Below, one piece after another: positions 26,116 through 36,859 of a DNA stretch of 64,000 nt; position 1 is the stretch's first letter, and the number at the start of each line of letters is the position of its first letter. The translations under genes and the position numbers were made by a program. The DNA lies in assembly GCA_030390025.1 (NCBI GenBank), contig CM059432.1:32924001-32988000 (forward strand). The letters run 5' to 3'. This DNA is from Squalus acanthias. Taxonomy: Eukaryota. The notes under the pieces were generated by a model, which saw only the letters and a list, made by a program, of their open reading frames with translations, was not told the origin of the DNA and searched no databases.

Positions 26116-26127
26116 AGTTTCACTTTC
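26116..26127. promoter_or_regulatory. ISRE/IRF element
   Basis: AGTTTCACTTTC matches the AGTTTCNNTTTC consensus; lies in unique sequence about 130 bp 5' of the most upstream kinase exon. Confidence 0.65.
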
Positions 26128-26459
26128 ATTATGTGAAGCAACCAGCAGCTGCAGTTCAGCTTTTGGCCAGGCATAATACTGTTTGTGTTGCTTGGACAAA
26201 AGTGAGAAGTTGCACAACACCAGGTTATAGTCCAACAGTTTTATTTGAAATCACAAGCTTTCGGAGCTGCTGCTCCTTCGTCAGGTGAAGTCTTGGTCTT
26301 GGTAGCGAGTCGTGAATCAGGCCAACGACCTATCCACATAGAATGCAAACAACTCAAAGTACAATCTGCTGAATGTAAGAGCAATGGAAGAAATGGGTTA
26401 CCTCATGTGCCACTGGGCATTGAAGATGAAAATATAAAGTCAGCAGTAAAGAAACCAAC

Positions 26460-27100
26460 TCGATTTCAACAAAATTTGACACCGAGACACATAAGCAGAT
26501 ATTAGGGCAGATGACCAAAAGCTTGGTCGAAGAAGTACAACAACAACAACAACAACTTGTATTTATATAGCGCCTTTAATGTAGTAAAACGTCCCAAGGC
26601 GCTGCACAGGAGTATTGTAAGACAGAAAATTTGACACCGAGCCACATAAGGATAAATTAGGGCAGGTGAAGGTAGGTTTTAAGGAGCGTCTTAAAGGAGG
26701 AAAAAGAGGTAGTGAGGCGGAAAGGTTTAGGCAGGGAATTCCAGAGCTTAGGGACTAGGCAACAGAAGGCACGGCCACCAAAGGTTGAGCGATTATTTTC
26801 AGGGATGCTCAAGAGGGCAAAATTAGAGGAGCGCAGATATCTCAGAATGTTGTAGGGCTGGAGGAGATTACAGAGATAGGGAGGTGCAAGCCTATGGAGG
26901 GATTGGAAAACAAGGATGAGAATTTTAAAATCGAAGCGTTGCTTAACCGGGAGCCAATGTAGGTCAGCAATCACAGGGGTGATGGGTGAACGGGACTTGG
27001 TGCGAGATAGGACACGGGCAGCAGAGTTTTGGATGAACTCAAGTTTACAGAGGGTCGAAAACGGGAGGCCTGCCAGGAGCTCATTGGAATAGTCAAGTCT
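26460..27100 (-). mobile_element. L2 LINE 3' fragments
   Basis: LHWLPVKQRFDFKIL; (caa)n tail at 26538-26556. Confidence 0.8.
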
Positions 27101-27782
27101 AGAGCAATGTTCCCTTTATTTTTTTTTGGTTCCGCGGCCCATTCAAATTTTTGTGCAGTGCGGTTTTTCCATTCGAAAGCCGGTGACTGGCCTGTGTGGC
27201 CGCGCAGCTTAACGAGAACATTGGTCTAGAAAGAAAGACTTGCATTTATATAGCGCCTTTCACGACCACCGACGTCCGAAAGTGCTTTACGGCCAATGAA
27301 GTACTTTTTTTGAACTGTAGTCACTGTTGTAATGTAGTAAACGTGGCAGCCAATTTGCGCACAGCAAGCTCCCACAAACAGCAGTGTGATTTTTTTTATT
27401 CGTTCCTGGGAATGTGGGCGTCGCAGGCCAGGGAACGGTCGTATAATGGTTATGTTACTGGACTAGTAATCCAGAGGCCTGAACTAATGATCCAGAGACG
27501 TGAGTTCAAATCCCACTGCGGCAGCTGGGGAATTTAAGTTCAGTTAATTAAATAAATCTGGAATAAAAAGCTAGTATCAGCAGAGGGACCATGACACTAT
27601 TAGATTGTTGTAAAAACCCATCTGGTTCACTAATGTCCTTTAGGGAAGGAAATCTGCTGTCCTTACCTGGTCTGGCCTATATGTGACTCCAGACCCACAG
27701 CAATGTGGTTCACTCTTAACTGCCCTCTGATATGGCCTAGCAAGCCACTCAGTTTTAACAAACCGCTACGTAAAACAATATT

Positions 27783-28495
27783 GGGCCGGATATTCCGATC
27801 CCGACGCTGTGTACCCACCCGTAGGGACATCGGAAATGCCGGTTTCAGGCATGCACTGCGCATGCGCTGGAAACCGGCATTTCCAATCTGTCAAGAAAGC
27901 TCTTGACAGATCCTCCGGCTGCCCGGGAGCAGGGCCTCTGCGGGGGGAGAGTTCCGCTTTTTGGAGAACCTCCGCCCACAGAAAACACTTACAATTCTTG
28001 CTCCTAAGAGTTGAAAAAAGTTTTTAAAAAAAGATTTTTCCACTGATTTATCATTTAAAAATACTTTAAAAAAAGGTAAGTTTATTTTTAGCCCTGTAAA
28101 AAACTTTATATTATTTTTTTCAAAAATTTAAAGTTTTGTTTAAAATAGTTAATTTATTGGACTTTCAAGTCATTTAAAAAATTTGATTAAAAAAAAAAAT
28201 TATTTGAAGTTTTACTATGTTTTGGGGGTGATCTCCATTCATATATTTGACAGGTCTTCCTGTCAAATGTATGAAGGGAGATTCCCTTCTTTGATTGGTT
28301 CCCCATGGCCCATGTGATCCCAGGGACGCTGCGAACTACCTGCGCCTCTGGGATACGTGGGCCCTGCACACCGGCAGTTTGGTGAGGCCCAGCAGCGGAA
28401 CTGTGCGCCTCCCGGGAGCCCTCAGGTAAGGGCCCAGATTTTTCCAGATCGCAGTCCTCCGCCCGCGGGAGGCCTGCGATCGGAATATCTGGGCC
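27783..28495. mobile_element. MITE (family of 1399-2774) inserted in a LINE 5' region
   Basis: TIR ending gatattccgat at both ends; host LINE continues at 28496 (PDIVILTESYL). Confidence 0.8.
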
Positions 28496-29040
28496 AATGA
28501 GAATAAAATTGGATGGACCACCCAGCATCAATCTCGGCACTGGCTTCGGACATGACAATGGCACACCCAGCTCAGTCGACCCTGCAAAGTCCTCCTCACC
28601 AACATCTGGGGATTTGTGCCAAAATTGTCCCACACACTAGTCAAGCAACAGCCTGACATAGTCATCCTCACAGAATCATACCTTTCAGCCAATGTCCCAG
28701 ACTCCTCCATCACCATCCCTGGGTATGTCCTGTCCTACCAGCAGGACAGACCCACCAGAGGTGGCAGCACAGTGGTATATAGTCGGGAGGGAGTGAACCA
28801 ACATGAGGGAAAAACCTACTTGACCTCGTCCTCACCAATCTACCTGTCGCAGGTACATCTGTCCATGTCAGCATTAGTAGCAGTGACCACCGCACAGATC
28901 TTGTGGGATAGATTCAGTACAGATCTAGCAGCTCAAAACTGGACATCCATGAGGTGCTGTGGGCCATCAGCAGCAGCAGAATTGTATTCCACCACAATCT
29001 GTAACCTCATGACCAGGGTTATTCCTCACTCTACCATTAC

Positions 29041-30038
29041 CAGGGATCGGTACTAGGACCACTGCTTTTCTTGATATGCATTAATGACTTAATGACGTAC
29101 AGGGCACAATTTCAAAATTTTAAGATGACGCAAAATTTGGAAGCATAGTGAACAGTGAGGAGGATAGTGATAGACTTCAAGAGGACATAGACAGGCTGGT
29201 GGAATGGGCGGATACGTGGCAGATGAAATTTAACGCAGAAAAGTGCGAAGTGATACATTTTGGTAGGAAGAACGAGGAGAGGCAATATAAACTAAAGGGT
29301 ACAATTCTAAAGGGGGTGCATGAACAGAGAGACCTGAGGGCATATGTGCACAAATCATTGAAGGTGGCAGGGCAGGCTGAGAAAGTGGTTAAAAAAGCAT
29401 ACAGGATCCTGGGCTTCATAATTAGGGGCATAGAGTACAAAAGCAAGGAAGTTATGATGAACTTTTATAAAACACTGGTTCGACCTCAACTGGAGTATTG
29501 TGTCCAATTCTGGGCACCACACTTTAGGAAGGATGTGAAGGCCTTAGAGAGGGTGCAGAAAAGATTTACAAGAATGGTCCCAGGGATGAGGGACTTCACT
29601 TACATTGATAGACTGGAGAAGCTGCAGTTGTTCTCCTTAAAGCAGAGAAGGTTGAGAGGGGATTTGATAGAGATGTTCAAAATCATGAGGGGTCTGGACA
29701 GAGTAGATAGAGATAAACTGTTCCTATTGGTGGAAGGGCCGAATACCAGAAGACACAGATTTAAGGTGATTGGCAGAAGAACCAAAGGCGACATGAGGAA
29801 AAACTTTTTACGCAGTGTGTGGTTAGGATCTGGACTGCACTGCCTGAAAGGGTGGTGGAGACAGATTCAATCTTGGCTTCCAAAAGGGAATTAGGTAAGT
29901 ACCTGAAGGAAAAACAAATTGCAGGGCTACGGGGAAAGGGCGGGGGAGTGGGACTCGCTGAAGTGCTCTTGCAGAGAGCCGGCACAGGCTTGATGGGCCG
30001 AATGGCCTCCTTCTGTGCTGTAACCATTCTATGATTCC
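29041..30038 (+). mobile_element. CR1 LINE 3' fragment
   Basis: 248-aa ORF with WQMKFN and [15 protein letters not shown]1 tail. Confidence 0.9.
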
Positions 30039-30164
30039 ATTCTCTAGCCACTGACTCCATCCCTCTCCCTGGCAACTATTTGAGGTTCAACCAGACTGTT
30101 CTCAACCATGGTGTCATACTTGACCTCGAGATAAGCTTGCGACCACTCTAAGACCACCTATTTT

Positions 30165-31270
30165 TAAAAAATATTTGTTCCTGGGATATGGGCGTCGCTG
30201 GCAAGGCCAGCATTTATTGCCCATCCCTAATTGCCCTTGAGAAGGTGGTGGGGAGCTGCCTTCTTGAACCGCTGCAGTCCTTTCGTTGAAGGTACTCCCA
30301 CAGTGCTGCTAGGGAGGGAGTTCCAGGATTTAGACCCAACGACGATGAAGGAACGACAATACATTTCCATTATTTTTGTGACTGGCCCAGTTAAGTTGCT
30401 GGTCAATGGTGACCCCCATGCCCTTGATGGTGGGAGAATCGGTGAAGGTAATGCCGTTGAATGTCAAGGGGCGGTGGTTAGACTCTCGCTTGTTGGCTGT
30501 AACAAGATGAGGGCGGAGTCGGGCAATGTTGCAAGTGGCACATACTCACCAATAACCTGCTCACTGATGCTCAGTTTGGGTTCCGCCAGGACCACTCGGC
30601 TCTAGACCTCATTACAGCCTTGGTCCAAACATGGACAAAAGAGCTGAATTCCAGACGTAAGGTGAGAGTGACTGCCGTTGACATCAAGGCAGCATTTGAC
30701 CGAGTGTGGCATCAAGGAGCCCTAGTAAAATTCAAGTCAATGAGAATCAGGGGGAAAACGCTCCACTGGCTGGAGTCATACCTAGCACAAAGGAAGATGG
30801 TTGTAGATGTTGGAGGACAATCATCTCAGCCCCAGGACATCGCTGCAGGAGTTCCTCAGGGCAGTGTCCTAGGCCCAACCATCTTCAGCTGCTTCATCAA
30901 TGACCTTCCCTCCGTCATAAGGTCAGAAGTGGGGATGTTTGCTGATGATTGCACAATGTTCAGTTCCATTCGCAACTCCTCAGATAATGAAGCAGTCTAT
31001 GCCTGAATGCAGCAAGACCTGAACGTCATTCAGGCTTGGGCTGATAAGTGACAGGTAACATTCGTTCCACACAAGTGCCAGACAATGACTATCCCCAACA
31101 AGAAAGCATCTAACCACCGCCCCTTGACATTCAACGGCATTACCATCGCCGAATCCCCCACCATCAATATCCTTGGGGGGTCACCATTGCCCAGCAACTG
31201 GACCAGCCACATAAATACTGTGGCTACAAGAGCAGGTCAGAGGCTGGGTATTCTGCGGTGAGTGTCTCCT
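30165..31270. mobile_element. CR1-group (Zenon/Jockey-like) LINE fragment with inverted halves
   Basis: [21 protein letters not shown] and FADD on +; the 3' end is on - at 30165-30540. Confidence 0.75.
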
Positions 31271-32354
31271 GCTTCTTCTGTCCAGGATGGTGTATTCGAT
31301 TAACAATTTGTTTACTTGCTTATTGAGAAAAGATCGGAGATCGGAGACTTCTTCAAAAATACTTGCTCAGTGAGGGAAGAACTCTTTTGTTCTGAAGCAG
31401 GAAGAAGGTGCCCAGACTAGTTTACCCATGTGGGAGCTTTAGTTTATATGGAAAAGAAAGAAAGAAAGACTTGTATCTCTATAGCGCCTTTCATGACCAC
31501 TGGAGGTCCCAAAGTGCAATGTGCAGTTAGTCTGAAGGAATTAAGAGTTACTCCACAGCAGAAGTAGAGATAGTGTTTTAGTTGATAATAGGTTCAGCAG
31601 AGGCAAAAACAGATTTTCTTTGTTAGCAGAAAAGCAAAATAGTGCAGATGCTGGAAAACTGAAATAAAAACAGAAAATACTGGAAACACTCGGCAGGTCA
31701 GGCAACATCTGTGGAGGGTGATTCTTGTTAAAACTGAAGTTATTGCAGCTAATTGAATGAGATAATGCTATTTTCATGTAGAAAAGGGTATAAAAATGGG
31801 GATGTTTGGAGAGCTCCGAATTCGATGAGGCCTGATCAGCCATTGACTCCTCCCACCTCAACTCAAGAACTGTAACGGGTTGAATTCTTTGGGGAACTCG
31901 TATTGCCGTAAGTTTGCTCTTACGTTTATGTGTAATTGTTGTTAATAATAGTTATTGTATGTTTAATTCATATGATTTGCAATAAATGCTTCTCGAGGAA
32001 TAACTTATAAATTTATAATCGCTGATTATAATCGCTCAACCTTTGGTGGCCGTGCCTTCTGTTGCCTAGGCCCTAAGCTCTGGAATTCCCTCCCTAAACC
32101 TCTCCACCTCTCTACCTCTCTTTCCTCCTTTAAGACGCTCCTTAAAACCTACCGGTTTGACCAAGCTTTTCGTCACCTGCCCTAATTTATCCTTATGTGG
32201 ATCGGTGTCAAATTTGTTGTCTTAAAGTACTCCTGTGCAGTGCCTTGGGGCGTTTTACTATGTTAAAGGCGCTATATAAATACAAGTTGTTGTTGTTGTT
32301 GTTATACGCAAGAACACCCATTCCATAACGTGGGGACCATGGCCCCAATATTTA

Positions 32355-33122
32355 TGGGGTTTGCTTTCGGAGTGAGGGGAGGAGTTATGAATGGGAAACC
32401 AGGAAGTATGGGTTTCCCTGAATGCCCTGCAGTTTTAACAGCAGGGCATGTTTGAATTTTTTTTTCCAGGTTCCCTGCCCGACAGTCAGCCTGAATGACA
32501 GGCTTGGTTGCCTTTCGGGTGGGGAAGAGGAGCAGGTAGATTTAGTAGTGGTGGGAGGAAGAGATCGCGGGGGGTCGGGAGTAGGTAGAGCATGGTTGGG
32601 TGCATCGGTGATTGCGGGGGGGAGTCGGGGAAGATGACAGATCAAGGAGGGGAGATCACGGGTGGGAGAGGTGGGGGGGTTGATGATCACAGGCCGGGGT
32701 CAGGGGGAGATTGTGGTGGTGGTGAGGTGTTGGACAGATCATGGTGGGGTGGGGGGCGGGTGGGCCGTTTACAGGGTGAGCTTGTTGGGTCTGGAGAAAA
32801 TGCTCATGCTCCTCCTGGCCCACAAGCAGTGCTGTAAAGGCACTTACCTTATTCCCTTCTTGCCTCCTTTTAGCTGCCGGGCTTCCCGAGACCAGGGTTA
32901 AGAATGGAAACCTTGTTAAAATGAAGGCACGTAGCCTCCTTAAAAAGATTCGACGACCGACCCGCTTCCTGTGAGCGGATTGGTCGCCCGCCTCCTGCCC
33001 CACCTCCATTAAAACCGGAAGTGGGCGGATTTGAGGCGGGTTGGGGTTGTGTTTGAAATTTCAAAATGTTTAACTCCCCAAGTGTACCTGTTTTTGTGGG
33101 TTAAAATTACCCCCTCCCCCCC
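32355..33122. mobile_element. Harbinger-type MITE (family of 130-892)
   Basis: Shared internal blocks and ttaaaattacccc terminus. Confidence 0.6.
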
Positions 33123-34218
33123 CATAAGTCCGAGTTAGGCCAAGGTTGAATGGTAGAGATGTAGGAACGGATGAATGTACTGGAATTTTACTTGATCACT
33201 TTGTGGGGCGAGGGGTTGGTGGGGGGCAGAAGGGTGGGTTCAGGGTGTATTTATACAAAAGTTTCGGTCATGAGATTAAATAGATGAGCGAAGTCTATGA
33301 TAGGGAAGGTTGTACATCAAAGAGTGGTCTTGATGGGCCAAATGGAGAATTTTAGGTATGAGGGAAGTTTGGATAGGCTGGGGTTGGTTTCTTTGGAACA
33401 GAGGAGGCTAAGGTAGAGTGGATAGGAAGGACCTATTTCCCTTAGCAAAGAGGTCAATAACCAGGGGGCGTAGATTTAAAGTAATCGATAAAAGGATTAG
33501 GCGGGAGTTGAGGAGACATTTTTTCACCCAGAGGATGATGGGGGTCTGAAATTCACTGCCTGAAAGGGTGGTGGAGGCAGAAACCCTAATCGCATTTAAA
33601 AAGTACTTGGATATGCACTTGAAGTGCCGTAACCTACAAGGCTACGGACCAAGAGATTGAAGGTGGGATTAGGCTGGATAGCTCTTTTTCGGCCGGCACA
33701 GACATGATGGCCCAATGGCCTCCTCCTGTGCCGTAAACTTCTATAATTCTATGGTCTTTATTCATTGCATGCTTGCAGAAAAAATTGTTAAACTGAGGGC
33801 TCTCTGAAAACAATTTAAATAATTCTCTGCAATCACCAACTTGGTTATTGGAAGAACAGAGTTTCATTCCCCACTTAACTTAGTTCTTGATAGTGGGAAG
33901 AGAGAATAATCAGACCTGAGATATTTAGGGCTGGCCGGCACCTCGCACAGCCACTGTCAGCTGAATAGTAGATGCACAAATCCGTTCAGACATTTTTATT
34001 TATTACTCATTCTCAAGATATGGATGTTGCTGGCAAGGCCAGCATTTATTGCCCATCCCTAGTTGCGGTGAGAAGGTTTTGGTGGGCTTTCTTGAACCGC
34101 TGGTAGTGGTTTGATACAACTGAGTGGCTTGCTCGGTCACTTCACAGGGCAGTTAAGAATCAACCACATTGGTGTGTAACTATAGGCACATATAGGCCAG
34201 ACTGAGTAAAGAAAACAC

Positions 34219-36231
34219 GGGGGAAAAATTCGGTTGCTTTGTGCCTCCCATTAGCACCCTAAGAAGGTGCTAATGGGGCGCAAAGCAACTAGTGCCCGGG
34301 CGCGGCGATGTTTGCGCCGCTCGCGAAATTGACCAGGCATTAAGGCACATGGGATTGGGGGCAAGGTATTGACTTGGATAGAGAACTGGTTGCCGGACAA
34401 AAAGCAGAGAGTAGGAATAAATGGGTCTTTTTCCGAGTGGCAGGCAGTGACTAGTGGGGTACCGCAGGGTTCGGTCCTTGGACCCCAGCTATTCACAATA
34501 TACATTAATGATCTGGATAAGGGAACTAAATGTAATATCTCCAAGTTTGCAGATGACACAAAACTGGGTGGGCGTGTGTGCTCCGAGGAGGATACTGAGA
34601 AACTCCAGGATGATTTGGACAGGTTGGGTGAGTGGGCAGAAGCGTGGCAGATGCAATATAACGTGGATAAATGCGAGGTTATCCACTTTGGTGTCAAAAA
34701 CAGAAAGGCAGACTATTATCTGAATGGCAATAGATTGGGAGAAGGGAAGTGCAATGAGACCTGTGTGTCCTTGTGCACCAGTCGCTGAAGGTAAGCATGC
34801 AGGTGCAGCAGGCGGTGAAGAAGGCAAATGGTATGTTGGCCTTCATAGCGAAAGGGTTTGAGTATAGGAACAGGGATGTCCTGCTGCAGTTGTACAGGGC
34901 CTTGGTGAGACCACACCTTGAGTACTGTGTGCAGTTTTGGTCGCCTTATCTGAGGAAGGATGTTCTTGCCATGGAAGGAGTTCAGCGAAGATTCACAAGG
35001 CTGATACCTGGGATGGCAGGAATGACATATGAGGAGAGATTGGGTCGATTGGGCTTATACTTGCTGGAGTATAGAAGAATGAGAGGGGATCTCATCGAAA
35101 CAAATAAAATTCTGACAGGTCTGGACAAACTAGATGCAGGAAGAATGTTCCCGATGGTCGGGGAGTCCAGAACCAGGGGTCATAATCTATGGATAAGGGG
35201 TAAGCCATTTAGGACAGAAATGAGGAAGAATTTCTTCACCCAGAGAGTGGTGAACCTGTGGAATTCTCTACCACAGAAGGTAGTTGAGGCCAAGTCATTA
35301 AGAAATATATCTAACTCATTCTTGAATATATTTAAAGCTAAAGGTATCAAGGGATATGGGGAGAAGGCAGGTACAGGGGACTGAGTTTGGATGATCAGCC
35401 ATGATCTCATCGAATGGCGGAGCAGGCTCGAGGGGCCGAATGGCCTACTCCTGCTCCTATCTTCTACATGTTTCTATGTTACCGGCACAATCTCCTGCGC
35501 CCACAGATCGTGACGCCAGTTGTGCGTGCAACGCCCTGGTAGTGCCCCGGACCAGATATTGAGTGGATCCTCCTGCCTTTCCGCCTGCCACTAGCAATGA
35601 CAGGTTGAGGGGACCGTTTTGCAGTCGGGAAGGGGCTGGGGGAGCGCTATTTAAAGGCGGCCGCTTCCTGCTTTTTTTTGTCGGCGACATTTTTGCACCA
35701 CGCATTCTGAGAGAGAGAGAGAGAGACTTCTGCAAAGATTCAATGCTGTGTGAAGGAGTTTTGGGTACTAAGCAGCACTTTGCAGGTTCATTTTGATTTG
35801 ACCTTCCTTGCATCGATTTAGAAGAGACTTTGGGGGCTGCACTCTGAGCTCTTTCCCTGGGCCTCTCCATTGTTCTTTCCAGCAGAATTGATGTACAGAT
35901 CTCTCCAGGCTGAGATTCAAGGCTGCAATGAGCAGGGTGTGGATGGAGAGTAAGATCGACCCTCCCATTTAAGAACTGGCCGGCGCCAGTGTGCCTGTGT
36001 TCCATTGCTAACTGACATCACATGAGCTTCGCCAGCGCTCTGAGGTAGCGCCTCGGTCCTCAGCGTTAGCGCCTTAAGAGAGGTGTGTAGCACCTGATTT
36101 TGCGCTCCAATCACCTCCAGGGGCGATAGAAGTCAATTTTGCAGTCGGAGGCGATAATTAGCGCCAGGCGCTAATCTTTGCGTCCGGCCGATAATTGCGC
36201 CTCAAACGGGGCGATACCGAATTTCTCCCCC
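34219..36231. mobile_element. Non-autonomous deletion derivative of the 41521-45736 Harbinger family, interrupted by CR1
   Basis: TIR ggggg-a(a/g)aaattcgg; both subterminal regions align to the full copy; ORFs deleted at about 35843. Confidence 0.85.
34340..35478 (+). mobile_element. CR1 LINE 3' part
   Basis: [15 protein letters not shown] and FADD ORFs; tail gctcctatcttct. Confidence 0.9.
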
Positions 36232-36682
36232 CAGGTTTCCTTCCCTAAAGGACATCAGTGAACCAGTTGTGTTTTTCCAACGGTCTGACAGCTTCATGGT
36301 CACTTTTACTGATACCAGCTTTTTATTTCCAGATTTTTTCAACTGAATTCAAATTCTCAAACTACCATGGTGGGATTTAGACTCATGTGTTCTATTAGAT
36401 TATTAGTCGAGGCTTGAGACTTAGGGATCAATTCCACGTAGGAAAAGCTGATGAAAGTCAACAAATTGTTAACATTTGAGTTCAGTGACAGAAGTTCAGA
36501 AAAACAAGTAGCGCAATCTGATGTCCTGGCCAGGAGGAAAACAAAAATGATCAGCAATCTGAGATATTAATAATTAACCATTTTCATTGACGTTTGAAAT
36601 GTTTACGAGTTAAGCCAGTGGGCTCTCTTCCCTTGCATTAGAGTATCTGCCGTCTTGCAACCAGTGAACACGCCAGTGGAAG

Positions 36683-36859
36683 ATGAAGAGTTTGCAGGGA
36701 ATTGCTTTGTTTGTTGGATTGGTTATGATGGCTGTTGATGCTTCTGCTTCAACGCTGACTAGCGAAGATGTGGCTTCTGCTGCTGTTGCTCATTACAACA
36801 GCCTACTCGTACCGACCAACCTCTTTAAGTTGCATCGGATTACCAAAAAAAAAGAACAG
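36683..36859 (+). CDS. Cathelicidin-like coding exon 1 (signal peptide and start of cathelin domain)
   Basis: Hydrophobic N-terminus, A-V-x-x-Y-N helix, NLFKL; donor cag|gtactg. Confidence 0.85.

Noticed and set aside
26401..26411. 11-nt micro-exon candidate upstream of the ISRE
   Set aside because: Stop codon in the needed frame; chance occurrence cannot be excluded
33634..33867. ORF MKLCSSNNQVG as a possible first coding exon of the kinase
   Set aside because: Weak donor (gtgatt), no domain similarity, and the 3' half is CR1 sequence
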